From Gemmatimonas sp. (GTDB lineage: Bacteria; Gemmatimonadota; Gemmatimonadetes; Gemmatimonadales; Gemmatimonadaceae), in contig JANNVQ010000030.1 of assembly GCA_031414535.1 (NCBI GenBank), positions 144,936-208,935 of the forward strand: a stretch of 64,000 nucleotides of DNA, read 5' to 3'. Positions 28,375 to 37,698 of this stretch are shown in pieces. Each line of letters starts with the position of its first letter. The first letter of the stretch is position 1. The position numbers were made by a program, and so were the translations under genes. A model generated the notes under the pieces. It ran no database searches. It had not been told where the DNA came from and saw only the letters and a program-made list of their open reading frames with translations.

Positions 28375-30153
28375 GTGGCAACCACACTCGCTTGCCCGCG
28401 TTGCACCACCGCCAACTCGAGTGGCGCAACGTTTTGCGTGTCCTGCGGAGCAAGCCTGACCGCTGACGCGCACGACGAACCCACGGTACCAGGCGCGCCG
28501 AGCACGCCAAGCGCTCGTCGCAACGACGCCGCAATGCTCGAGCGTCTGCGACACGCCACGCTCGGCAACTACGACGTCGCCATGGAGCTCGGTCGCGGCG
28601 GTATGGCCGCCGTGTATCTCGCACATGACCTGCGCCTCGACCGAAAGGTCGCCATCAAGGTGATGCTCCCTGAGCTCACCCACGGCGAGGAGATGGTGGA
28701 GCGCTTCCGCCGCGAAGCGCGCACGGCCGGCAACCTCTCGCATCCGCACATCATCCCGATCCACGACGTGCACGACGAGGATGGACTCGTCTTCTTCGTG
28801 ATGAAGTTCGTGGAAGGCCGCAGCCTCGACTCCGTCGTGCGCGAACTCGGGCCACTGCCCATCAAGATGGTGGAAACCATCCTCACGCAGTCAGCAGGCG
28901 CCCTCGCCTACGCGCATCGCAAGGGCGTCATCCACAGAGACATCAAGCCCGCGAACATCATGCTGGACGAGGAGGGCTGGGCAGTGGTGACGGACTTTGG
29001 CATTGCCAAGGTCACGGACGCCGCGATGCTCACCACCACCGGCTCGACGATGGGCACGCCCTACTATATGAGTCCGGAGCAGTGCTCATCCAAGCCGGTC
29101 ACCGGTGCCTCTGATCAGTACTCGTTGGGCGTCACCTGTTACGAGTTGCTGACCGGCTCACCGCCGTTCAACGGCCCCTCGCTGATGGAAGTGATGAGCG
29201 GCCACTTCTTCACGGCGCCCACACCCATCCGCCAAGTTCGCCCTGAGTGCCCGCACGAGCTCGAGGCAATCGTGATGCGGATGCTTGAGAAGAATCCCGA
29301 GCAACGCTTCGCGCACCTGAATGAGGTTGTCAGCGCGCTCAAGGCTCCCACTCTCGCACACGATGATCCTGTTCGCGAACAGATGATTGACCTGGCGCGT
29401 AGCGGTGCCAAGCTCCGTGAGCGCCTCAGCGTGCCCATTTCGCCCATTCCGGCGGTGCGCCCGGCAGGCAGACGGCCCTCACAGTCCCCGCGAGCGGGCA
29501 CTGGCGAGGCGGCCGTTCCGTCGGTGTCGCAGGACGCCGAGACGCTGCGTCAGGCCAAGAAACCCAACTGGATACGGAATGCGGCGGCAGGCGTAGCGGT
29601 GATTGTGGTGGCCGCCGTGGCCGTGACGCAGTGGCCCGCAGACAAGACCGCCGGTACAGATCTATCTCAGCCGGCGGCCGCAGTAGAGACAACGCCGACG
29701 CCGCTTCCTGCACTAGGACTCGAAAGCGGTACAGGCGTCAAGCCGGCCTCGGAAATGGAGACCACGACCGTGGCGCCCACAAAGACCCCACCCCCCCCTG
29801 AGCCGAGACCTCGTGAACCGGCGGCAAGAACGCGTCAGGTCGTGACGCCACCGCCGGCGCCAGTTGTCCTAGATACGCCAGTAACCGTACCGGAGCCGCA
29901 AACGCCGGCGCAAACCACCGGTCGCATCCAACTCGCAACCCGCACACCGGGTGCGATGCTCTACCTGAACGGCGAACCACTGCAGGTGATGGGCACTCGC
30001 CCTCAGGTCATTTCACTCCAGGTTGGCCGGAACCAGATCAGCCTCGTGGCCGAAGGTTGTACCTCGTGGGATACCACCATCACGGTCGTTGCCTCTACAA
30101 CCCAAAGCATCGGCCGCCGAGAACTGCGCTGCGGTGCGGATCCCAGAGACTGA
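28375..30153 (+). CDS. Hanks-type Ser/Thr kinase with N-terminal zinc ribbon, one TM segment and C-terminal PEGA-like domain
   Basis: CPRC..CVSC; GRGGMAAVY, VAIK, HRDIKPAN, DFG, GTPYYMSPE. Confidence 0.92.
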   Translation: MATTLACPRCTTANSSGATFCVSCGASLTADAHDEPTVPGAPSTPSARRNDAAMLERLRHATLGNYDVAMELGRGGMAAVYLAHDLRLDRKVAIKVMLPELTHGEEMVERFRREARTAGNLSHPHIIPIHDVHDEDGLVFFVMKFVEGRSLDSVVRELGPLPIKMVETILTQSAGALAYAHRKGVIHRDIKPANIMLDEEGWAVVTDFGIAKVTDAAMLTTTGSTMGTPYYMSPEQCSSKPVTGASDQYSLGVTCYELLTGSPPFNGPSLMEVMSGHFFTAPTPIRQVRPECPHELEAIVMRMLEKNPEQRFAHLNEVVSALKAPTLAHDDPVREQMIDLARSGAKLRERLSVPISPIPAVRPAGRRPSQSPRAGTGEAAVPSVSQDAETLRQAKKPNWIRNAAAGVAVIVVAAVAVTQWPADKTAGTDLSQPAAAVETTPTPLPALGLESGTGVKPASEMETTTVAPTKTPPPPEPRPREPAARTRQVVTPPPAPVVLDTPVTVPEPQTPAQTTGRIQLATRTPGAMLYLNGEPLQVMGTRPQVISLQVGRNQISLVAEGCTSWDTTITVVASTTQSIGRRELRCGADPRD

Positions 30154-30158
30154 GGAGT

Positions 30159-31241
30159 ATGCTCCAGACCCTTCGAAGATTCATCGTGGTCATTGCAGCC
30201 TTGCCGCTCGTGGGAACCCCAGCGCAGGCTCAACGCTCGCCGATCGTGGACGTGATGTTGCGCGCTCGCACGGCGCTCAATGACTTTCGCTTCGCCGAGG
30301 CGGATTCGCTCTCTACGCTGGTTCTCACGGCCTTTGACCGACAGCTGAATCGTCAGCAACGCATCGAAGCGCTATCAATTGCGGCGGCGGCCAGATTCCC
30401 GGATGCGGTCGAGGGCGCAGTCCAGCGCCGCGAATCCGCGCTCGAAGCGCTACGCCAGTTGGTTCGTCTGGATCCGGAAATTCGCCTCCGTGAGGATCTG
30501 AGCTGGAGCGGCCTCGACGTCCTGCTCGATGAGGCAAGAGCATCGACCTTCGTGCCGCGCGCCGCCCATGTCGCCCAGTCATCACTACCATCTGGTCAGG
30601 TGCAGAACGTTGTCACGGGTACCTCAACACTGCCCGCGCGCTGGACTTGGCGCCTCACACCGGACTCAGGCGCCGCACCGGTCCTGCAAGACAGCAGCGG
30701 TCCCGCGCTCACCGCGACCGTGCCTCTACGCTTCACGCTCGGCGAGGAAGCCAGCAGCATTCGCGACGGCAGCTACCGCTTGCTCGTCACCGCGCGCAAT
30801 GTGTCGGCGAGGACGGACAGCGCGACTTGGGCTTATCGCGTGATTGTGAGCGCGCCAGTGCTTGAGCGCGTCCCTGTCCCCGCTGCGCTCGACCCCGCGA
30901 CGCTACTTCCCGAAGTCGCGCCTCGTGCGCGCACGCGAGGCGTCGTCGCTGGCCTAATCGCCGGCGCCGTGACTATCGCCGGCACATCGGCAATTCGTGC
31001 GAGCTCTGACTTATCGTCCGCAGTCTCAGTCGATTCGCGTTCGGTGATGGTGGGGGTCCTGATTGCGCTCGGAGCGGGCACTGCGGGGTTCTTGGATAAA
31101 GGGCAGGCGCTACCAGAGAACGCGGCCGCGAATCTCCAAGCGCGGACGCAGCGCACGAACGAGATCCAAGCCGCTATCGCAGAGAACCGCCGGCGCAACG
31201 AATCGTACAGAGCCACTGTCACTGTCGAGGCTATCCCGTGA
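30159..31241 (+). CDS. Hypothetical secreted protein
   Basis: GAGGAG RBS before the ATG, signal peptide (AQA), C-terminal hydrophobic hairpin; in operon with the kinase. Confidence 0.7.
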   Translation: MLQTLRRFIVVIAALPLVGTPAQAQRSPIVDVMLRARTALNDFRFAEADSLSTLVLTAFDRQLNRQQRIEALSIAAAARFPDAVEGAVQRRESALEALRQLVRLDPEIRLREDLSWSGLDVLLDEARASTFVPRAAHVAQSSLPSGQVQNVVTGTSTLPARWTWRLTPDSGAAPVLQDSSGPALTATVPLRFTLGEEASSIRDGSYRLLVTARNVSARTDSATWAYRVIVSAPVLERVPVPAALDPATLLPEVAPRARTRGVVAGLIAGAVTIAGTSAIRASSDLSSAVSVDSRSVMVGVLIALGAGTAGFLDKGQALPENAAANLQARTQRTNEIQAAIAENRRRNESYRATVTVEAIP

Positions 31242-31891
31242 AGCTCCGCCTGACGCATCTCTTCGCCGGGCTTGCAACCTGCCTCGCCTCAGTCACCGCG
31301 CAGGCTCAGGAGCCGAAATTCGAGTTTCGACTCGGTGGCGTATCGCAGCTCAGCGTGCGCAACGCCCTGCTTGCCAGCGATGCCAGCAGCTCCAACGGCA
31401 GCACCGGCGGTGTGGACCTCGGACTTCGATGGAAGCAGTTCGGATTCGCCGTGCGAGCCCACGGCGGCACCTTCGATGACAGCGGTCCCGCTGGTGGCAG
31501 CATTGGCGATCTCGCCTTTGCGGATGCAATGCTGCTGATGGGGCCTCGCGTCACGGCCCTCCACCTCGGCTACGGCCTGCGAGGCAGCAGTTCCGTCCTC
31601 GGCGCGAGTTCGTTCTCGTTCGCCCGCGCGGGCCTCACCTCAGCGATTGAAATCGGCGGCACCGGCATATCCGCGGTCTTTTCGGGTGGGCTCTTGGTGC
31701 CGTCCTTCGGTGAGACTGAAGCCACAGGATTCGAACTCGAGACGTCCTTGATCTGGGCCCCGCGTCGCTTCCCGGTCTTTGCGCAGTTCGGTTACCGCCA
31801 CGAGCAATTCAACTTGGTGTCAGGCGACTTTGAGCGTCCTGAAGAGACCGGGAGCGTCGTGCTAAGCGGCGGCCTCCGACTCAGCCGATGA
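31238..31891 (+). CDS. Putative outer-membrane beta-barrel protein
   Basis: Signal peptide (AQA); alternating amphipathic Gly/aromatic-rich strands; GTGA coupling. Confidence 0.6.
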   Translation: MKLRLTHLFAGLATCLASVTAQAQEPKFEFRLGGVSQLSVRNALLASDASSSNGSTGGVDLGLRWKQFGFAVRAHGGTFDDSGPAGGSIGDLAFADAMLLMGPRVTALHLGYGLRGSSSVLGASSFSFARAGLTSAIEIGGTGISAVFSGGLLVPSFGETEATGFELETSLIWAPRRFPVFAQFGYRHEQFNLVSGDFERPEETGSVVLSGGLRLSR

Positions 31892-31904
31892 GCCCGAGCA
31901 GGCC

Positions 31905-32393
31905 TCAGCGAAGTCTTCGAATCTCCTCAAGCACCACAATGTCCGCTACATCCTGCGGCCGCCCCGTTCGCTTAGACGCAATCAGGTCATCGAGCGACAG
32001 CGTGGGGATGTCCACGCCCTCCACTTCGAAGTGCACAACACTGCGCACGGCATCCCGGTACCGTACGCTCCACGCCAACGTGAGAATGTCTACCCGAGGA
32101 TCGTCACCAATGATGGTCACGAACTTCCGCGCCACCTCCGCCGCAGCCCACTCCTTGGCGAAGCCGTAGCCCATCGTCGCAAGCGCATCCAGCACGCGCT
32201 GCGCGTTGGGCGCGTTGGCTTCAATCAGGATATCAATATCCCGCGTGGCGCGCGCTGAACCCCAGAGTTGTAGTGCGCGCGCGCCGGCTAAGAGGTAGTG
32301 GGCGCCCGCCTGATTGAGCCGCCAGCACACATCAGCGAGCTCAGTACGAAACGGCGGCTTTAACGTAAACCCAGCGCCTCCGCGCGCTTCCAC
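31905..32393 (-). CDS. Nucleotidyltransferase (DUF6036/AbiEii-like), putative toxin
   Basis: AGARAL..WG..RATRDIDIL and LIASKRTGRPQDVADI motifs; start uncertain. Confidence 0.75.
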   Translation of the reverse strand: MEARGGAGFTLKPPFRTELADVCWRLNQAGAHYLLAGARALQLWGSARATRDIDILIEANAPNAQRVLDALATMGYGFAKEWAAAEVARKFVTIIGDDPRVDILTLAWSVRYRDAVRSVVHFEVEGVDIPTLSLDDLIASKRTGRPQDVADIVVLEEIRRLR

Positions 32394-32707
32394 TCCAAGA
32401 AATCCTCGAAGCGTTCGAAGCTCACGAACAAGGATCCATACCGACGCGTCGGCACTTCGCGCGCCGTGCGCTCCGCCGCGGCCACGCGCTCGGTCGGCGT
32501 CATCGCGAGATCAGCCTCGAGCTGCACACGTCGCGAATCGTCCAGCCGCGGTGGCTTCGCCGGAGCGGGCTCCTCCAGATGCCGAACCGCCTCGGCCAGC
32601 ACCCAACTCCGCGAGCGTCCCTCGCGCTTCGCAATCCGATCGGCCCGCCGGAGGACGTCGGGCGGGATAGTCATGCTGATACGAGCGAGGGAGGATTCAT
32701 TAGACAT
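32360..32707 (-). CDS. CopG/ribbon-helix-helix protein, putative antitoxin
   Basis: RISMTIPPDVLRRADRIAKREGRSRSWVLAEAV is an RHH pattern. Confidence 0.8.
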   Translation of the reverse strand: MSNESSLARISMTIPPDVLRRADRIAKREGRSRSWVLAEAVRHLEEPAPAKPPRLDDSRRVQLEADLAMTPTERVAAAERTAREVPTRRYGSLFVSFERFEDFLEWKRAEALGLR

Positions 32708-32712
32708 ACTTA

Positions 32713-32729
32713 GTAATACTCAGTACTAC
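32713..32729. promoter_or_regulatory. Imperfect palindrome immediately upstream of the RHH gene, candidate auto-operator
   Basis: GTAATACT-C-AGTACTAC, AT-rich, 5 nt before the ATG. Confidence 0.45.
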
Positions 32730-32755
32730 CTTCCCAGAGGTCAAGGCCCGAATGC

Positions 32756-32788
32756 AAAAGGGGCCGGCTCACGTCGTGAGCCGGCCCC
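32756..32788 (-). terminator. Intrinsic terminator after atpH
   Basis: Minus strand GGGGCCGGCTCACG-A-CGTGAGCCGGCCCC followed by TTTT. Confidence 0.8.
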
Positions 32789-32811
32789 CATTGCAACCCA
32801 AGAACAGCGTC

Positions 32812-33354
32812 TCAGCCCTGCCCAACCAACGCCGTGCGCAGCTTGCTGATCTTACGCTTGATAGACCCATCCATCACCTGGTCGCCCACGCGCACCACCA
32901 CGCCACCAATGATCCGCTCGTCCACCGTCACGTGCGGCACCACGTTCTTGCCCAGCGCCTTCGACAACGCCTGCGCAAGCGACTCCGTGGCCGCCGCATC
33001 GTACGGACGCGACACCGTCACACGCGCATGCACGCGGCCCTCGGCCGCATCCAACAGCGAGTGGTACTCCGTGGCCACCTGCGGAAACAGCGTCTGACGA
33101 CGGTTCGAGACCAGCTTCTGCACGAAGAGCACAAACGAGCGCGGCGCCTTGCCTGCAAGCGCCCTGCCGAGCACCGCGTTCTTCTCGGAGGCGCTCACCT
33201 GAGGCGCCGCGAGGAAGGCCTGCAGCGTGCGGTCGCCGCTCACCGCATCGCCAAGCGCGCTGATGAGCACGCCGTAGCCAGCCTGGTCATTCGCCTTGGT
33301 GGCGAGGACCAGCAGGGCCTCAGCGTAATTGCGGGCGATTGAAGCGTCGCGCAT
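32812..33354 (-). CDS. atpH: ATP synthase F1 subunit delta
   Basis: IARNYAEAL, IIGGVVVRVGDQVMDGSI. Confidence 0.95.
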   Translation of the reverse strand: MRDASIARNYAEALLVLATKANDQAGYGVLISALGDAVSGDRTLQAFLAAPQVSASEKNAVLGRALAGKAPRSFVLFVQKLVSNRRQTLFPQVATEYHSLLDAAEGRVHARVTVSRPYDAAATESLAQALSKALGKNVVPHVTVDERIIGGVVVRVGDQVMDGSIKRKISKLRTALVGQG

Positions 33355-33924
33355 TTACTTCTTCCCGAGCGAAGCGAGATAGGTCTCAACAATCTGACGG
33401 TCAGCAGCGCCATCGAGCTTCTGCCCAATGAGCTTGCCAGCGCCGGCCAGCGCGAGGTCCACCGCTTCGCGGCGGAGCTCTTCGATGGCCTTCAGCTTCT
33501 CCGTCTCGATTTCCTTGCGAGCGCGGTCGAGCAACTCCGCCTGCTGCGTGCGCGTCTGCTCCAACATCTCCGAGCGCATGGACTCGGCGGTGGCGCGGCC
33601 TTCAGCGATGAAACGCTGCGCCTCGTTGCGAGCCGTCTCGATGGCCGCCCTTTGCTCCATAATCATCTTGGCGGCTTCGTTGCGATCGCGCTCAGCGGCG
33701 GCGATGGCGTCGAGCAGGGCCTGCTCGCGGCCGCGCACGGCAGCGAGGATCGGGCCCCACGCGAACTTGCGCAGCAGCAGCAGCGTGATCGTGAAGACCA
33801 CGATGGTCCACGTAATCAGGCCGTAGTGCGGCTCGAGCAGATTGACCTTGCCACCTTCAGCGGCGGCAAAAGCCGGCGACGCCGAGAGCGCGAGGAGCGA
33901 GAGAGCGGAGAGGAGCTGACGCAT
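33355..33924 (-). CDS. atpF: ATP synthase F0 subunit b
   Basis: TM segment, then KFAWGPIL and a long coiled coil; position in operon. Confidence 0.93.
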   Translation of the reverse strand: MRQLLSALSLLALSASPAFAAAEGGKVNLLEPHYGLITWTIVVFTITLLLLRKFAWGPILAAVRGREQALLDAIAAAERDRNEAAKMIMEQRAAIETARNEAQRFIAEGRATAESMRSEMLEQTRTQQAELLDRARKEIETEKLKAIEELRREAVDLALAGAGKLIGQKLDGAADRQIVETYLASLGKK

Positions 33925-34047
33925 TGAGAAATCCAATTGGAAATCGGTCACTGCGGACCGACGTTGGAATACTTGGAACAGCTATTAAGAAAGCGGAGGG
34001 TGGCGTGGAGCGGACCGTTTAGCCCGCTCCACACCGGTACAAACAGT

Positions 34048-34323
34048 TTAGAACTTGCCCTGCACCGAGAACGCGACGACGATGCCGAACAGCGCAGCGC
34101 CCTCGATGAAGGCCGCGAGAATCAGCGCAGCCGTCTGGATCTTACCAGCAGCTTCCGGCTGACGAGCCATGCCTTCAACTGCCGAGCCGCCAATGCGGCC
34201 AATGCCCATGCCAGCGCCGACAACGGCGAGACCGGCGCCGAGCGCGGCACCTGCCATCGCAATGCCATTGCTGTTGGTGGCGGCCACTGCTGCTTCCTGA
34301 AGCATCGGAACGAACGAGATCAT
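34048..34323 (-). CDS. atpE: ATP synthase F0 subunit c
   Basis: GMGIGRIG, ARQPEA, conserved Glu in AAFIEGA. Confidence 0.96.
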   Translation of the reverse strand: MISFVPMLQEAAVAATNSNGIAMAGAALGAGLAVVGAGMGIGRIGGSAVEGMARQPEAAGKIQTAALILAAFIEGAALFGIVVAFSVQGKF

Positions 34324-34438
34324 TTGGAGAATCCTGTAGAGTGATGGTCCAGCATTTTCTTACTGCGCGTTGCTGATGACGCTTCTCGCCGGCGGGCATT
34401 TCTGCCCAGCGAGATTCTCCCAGCGCTCGCTGGGATAC

Positions 34439-34492
34439 TGGACGGAAGACTGATGACGGATGCTTGAAGCGTCCGTCATCCGCCATCCATCC
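34439..34492. repeat. Heptamer (GATGACG)-type palindromic repeat between atpB and atpE
   Basis: GGACGGAAGACTGATGACGGATGC-TTGAA-GCGTCCGTCATCCGCCATCC. Confidence 0.7.
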
Positions 34493-34493
34493 T

Positions 34494-35423
34494 TTAGTGG
34501 TGCGCCTCGCGAATCAGCCCAATGAACACGCTCGACAGCAGCGTGAACACGAATGCTTGGAGGAGCGCCACAAACAACTCGAGAAACATGATGGCCACGG
34601 CCATGCCAAGCGGCGCGACGCCAGCCGGGAACCCGAAGCTGAAGAAGAGACCCATCATCGCGAGCAACACGATGTGGCCGGCCGTCATGTTGGCGAAAAG
34701 ACGAATGGCCAAGGCGAACGGCTTGGTGAACTTGCCGAGGAGTTCGACCGGCGAGATGATGACAAACATCAGGGGCCGCATCACCACCGGCAGATCCTTG
34801 TTCCAATAGAAGATCGTGCTGAGGTAACCCCAGCCATTGGCGCGGATGCCGGCGATCTCCACCGTGATGAACGTGATGAAGGCCAGCGTCGCCGTCACCG
34901 AGATGTTGCCGGTAGCGGTACTGCCGTAGGGCACGAGGCCCAACAGGTTCAACGTCAGGATGAAGAAGAACACCGTGAGCAGGTAGGGCACGAAGCCTTC
35001 ACCGTGGTGTCCCACGTTGGGGAGGATGACCTCGTTGCGGATATAGAGGATCATCGCTTCGATGGCATTGGTGGCACCCTTGGGAGCGGTGCCCTGCGCG
35101 GCCGTGCGCGCGTGCGCCCGAGCCGTCAACGTCATCACCAGCACGAGCAGCGTCGCGCCAATCAGCAGAAAGTACACGTGCTTGGTGGGCGAGAGATCAA
35201 TCTCCAAGCCACCCACGTGGAACTGCAGCGCCTCGTACTTGGGGAGATGAATCTCCTTGAAGAACGGCGGCAGAATCCAGGGGACCTCCATATGGTCCCC
35301 GTCCGTGATGTGCGGCGTGATGATGTCCACTTTCTCGGCCTGCGCCGGCGTCTCCGAGGCGCCAGCGAAAGCAGGCGCGGAGACGAAAACGAGGGCGGCG
35401 GCCAGTATGCGTGCGATCTTCAT
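34494..35423 (-). CDS. atpB: ATP synthase F0 subunit a
   Basis: ALAIRLFANMTAGH, LQAFVFTLLS. Confidence 0.96.
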   Translation of the reverse strand: MKIARILAAALVFVSAPAFAGASETPAQAEKVDIITPHITDGDHMEVPWILPPFFKEIHLPKYEALQFHVGGLEIDLSPTKHVYFLLIGATLLVLVMTLTARAHARTAAQGTAPKGATNAIEAMILYIRNEVILPNVGHHGEGFVPYLLTVFFFILTLNLLGLVPYGSTATGNISVTATLAFITFITVEIAGIRANGWGYLSTIFYWNKDLPVVMRPLMFVIISPVELLGKFTKPFALAIRLFANMTAGHIVLLAMMGLFFSFGFPAGVAPLGMAVAIMFLELFVALLQAFVFTLLSSVFIGLIREAHH

Positions 35424-35767
35424 TGCTTCAGGAAGAGGGGCTCAACGAGCATCGTGACGAACAGGAATCCCACCAAACTCAGCAGCGCCGGCCCCGACTC
35501 AAGCCCCAACGCCTTCGTTCCCACCACCGCGTACAGAATCAGCACCAGCATCCGCAGGAGGGAGCCGAGTCCCCAGCCCGCAATCGGATTCGTCTTCACA
35601 AACGGCCGCGCGATGGCAAATGCGATGATCTGCACAAACAGCGAAATCACTGCCGACGTCCACACTGCCCGGGCAATCTCAGGCTCAGGACGCAACGTCG
35701 TGATGCCCCAGGCCCCACCCAGCGTGATGAGCGCGGCGATGGCCGCAAACGCCAACGCCTTGTTCAT
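35420..35767 (-). CDS. ATP synthase protein I-like membrane protein (4 TM)
   Basis: Hydrophobic protein, translationally coupled directly upstream of atpB. Confidence 0.7.
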   Translation of the reverse strand: MNKALAFAAIAALITLGGAWGITTLRPEPEIARAVWTSAVISLFVQIIAFAIARPFVKTNPIAGWGLGSLLRMLVLILYAVVGTKALGLESGPALLSLVGFLFVTMLVEPLFLKQ

Positions 35768-36117
35768 CGGTCCTTCCCATCCTTTGCCGACTCAGCGCGT
35801 TTTCGAGCCGCTTCCGCTTCTTCTTCCCGCCGTTGGTCGGCCATCAGGCTTCGATAAATCGAGTAGAAAGCCGCACCGAAGCCCACCAGCACTCCCAGCA
35901 GCATGAAAATTGAGTTGGTTCCGAGCTTCCGGTCCAGCCACTGCCCGAGATACAGGAAGAGGAGGATCGAGAGCGTGAACTGCATCCCAATTCCGGCGTA
36001 TTTACCCGCCCCACCCATGGATCCGATGCCGCCCGAGTGCTGAGCCAGCCCCTTCAGCGGATCCACATCCCGAGGGCGTGGTCCCGATGGTTCTTCCGGG
36101 GGAGAATCAGGCTGCAT
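35764..36117 (-). CDS. AtpZ/AtpI family protein
   Basis: YLGQWLDRKLGT motif, 2 TM segments, first gene of the atp operon. Confidence 0.82.
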   Translation of the reverse strand: MQPDSPPEEPSGPRPRDVDPLKGLAQHSGGIGSMGGAGKYAGIGMQFTLSILLFLYLGQWLDRKLGTNSIFMLLGVLVGFGAAFYSIYRSLMADQRREEEAEAARKRAESAKDGKDR

Positions 36118-36441
36118 TTAGCCTCTAAGAATATGAGCTTGTGAAATATTTCGCAAGCAAAACCCCAGCGCGAGAACACGTCCTCGACCGGCCATCGTTG
36201 GCAGCCGCCGAAACGTCCCGTGACATTCGAGCAACCGAGGCGTCCACGCATGAGAGCCGCGGAACCGAAGAAACCCGAACAGACACAGAAAGAGACTTTT
36301 GCACACCTGCCATACTGCCAGCCGCAGATAAGTGATTTGGCGTCAAGTGACGGCGCCGCTTTCAGTTAGCTGTTACCTAGCTGTTTGACGAATCGTCCAA
36401 CTGTTGATAAGTTATTCATCACCCCCACTGGTACTGTCTAG

Positions 36442-36909
36442 ATGCGTGACAAGGTCCCATTCACTCTTGTGTGTATTGCGGTGCTCGCATTTGCGTGCGG
36501 ACCGCGTCCACGTGGTGATGGAACACCGGATCGCAGCACCGCAAAGCGTAGTAGCGCAACAATTGATGCGCGCGCACCACTCGCACCAACGCTTGACGTT
36601 GCCGTGAACGACGGTGTGCGGTTCAACTTCGACGTCACCAACGCGGGCGCGCGAAAAGTCGAGTTGCTTTTCAATGATGGTCGCACGCACGACATCGTCG
36701 TGATTGATTCACTCGGCCGCGAAGTATGGCGTTGGAGCGAAGGCCGCATGTTCACGCAGACGGTGCAGAACAAAGTTCTGCGAGCAGACGATACGATTAG
36801 CTTCGCGGAGTCGTGGACCGACGCAACACCAGGTTCCTACGTCGCCGTCGCATCAATGCCCTCGCGCAACTTCCCAGTCGAACATCGCGTCGCATTCGTC
36901 GTACGCTGA
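36442..36909 (+). CDS. Lipoprotein with intracellular proteinase inhibitor (BsuPI)-like domain
   Basis: AFAC lipobox; VWRWSEGRMFTQ motif. Confidence 0.75.
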   Translation: MRDKVPFTLVCIAVLAFACGPRPRGDGTPDRSTAKRSSATIDARAPLAPTLDVAVNDGVRFNFDVTNAGARKVELLFNDGRTHDIVVIDSLGREVWRWSEGRMFTQTVQNKVLRADDTISFAESWTDATPGSYVAVASMPSRNFPVEHRVAFVVR

Positions 36910-36934
36910 GCTCGGATTTCACTCGAGAAACTTC

Positions 36935-36963
36935 AAAGGCCGCGCAGGATTGCGCGGCCTTTT
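36935..36963. terminator. Bidirectional intrinsic terminator
   Basis: AAAGGCCGCGCA-GGAT-TGCGCGGCCTTTT between convergent genes. Confidence 0.85.
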
Positions 36964-36966
36964 CGT

Positions 36967-37698
36967 TTACGCGTCGCTCGGTTCTTCACCGGCAGCAGTA
37001 AATCGATATCCGACACCGCGCACGGTGTGAAAGTGCCGCGGTCGCTCGGGCTCTCGCTCAAATCGCTTGCGCAGCCGCACGATGAAGTTGTCAATCGTGC
37101 GTGAGCTCGGGAGCACTTCCCCGCCCCACACGCGCTCCAAGAGATCCTCGCGCCACACCACGCGCCCATCGCGCTTGGCCAGCTCAGCGAGAATGAGCGC
37201 TTCCTTCGGCGTGAGCTGCTGCTCCTCGCCATCGAACGAACGGCCACGGAAACTCGTGAAGTCAAATTCGTTACCGCCAAAGTGCAGTAGCTCTCGGCTG
37301 CCGAGTAGCGCATCGAAGCGCGTACGCCGACGCACGATGGCGGCCACGCGCAATAGGAGTTCGCGCAGATGAAACGGCTTGGGCAGGTAATCGTCGCCAC
37401 CGGCCTCGAGCCCTCGAATGCGATCGTGCGCGCCACCCTTGGCCGTGAGAAACAGCACGGGCGTGTCATTCCCCTCACGACGCGCCGTCTCGCAGACGGT
37501 GAAGCCGTCTAGGCCTGGCAACATCACGTCGAGCACTACCACCGCGTAGTCGTGCGCGCGCATCTTGGCGAGCGCCGTCGGGCCGTCGCCCACGAGCTCA
37601 ACGTCGTAGCCCTCGTGCACGAGGTTCTCACGAATCCCGCGCGCGAGATTCGGTTCGTCTTCCACCAAGAGCACCTTGGCGCCTGGGACTGCGCTCAC
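36967..37698 (-). CDS. OmpR/PhoB-family response regulator
   Basis: VEDE, LDVMLP, FLTA, KPF, HTVRGVGY. Confidence 0.95.
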   Translation of the reverse strand: MSAVPGAKVLLVEDEPNLARGIRENLVHEGYDVELVGDGPTALAKMRAHDYAVVVLDVMLPGLDGFTVCETARREGNDTPVLFLTAKGGAHDRIRGLEAGGDDYLPKPFHLRELLLRVAAIVRRRTRFDALLGSRELLHFGGNEFDFTSFRGRSFDGEEQQLTPKEALILAELAKRDGRVVWREDLLERVWGGEVLPSSRTIDNFIVRLRKRFEREPERPRHFHTVRGVGYRFTAAGEEPSDA

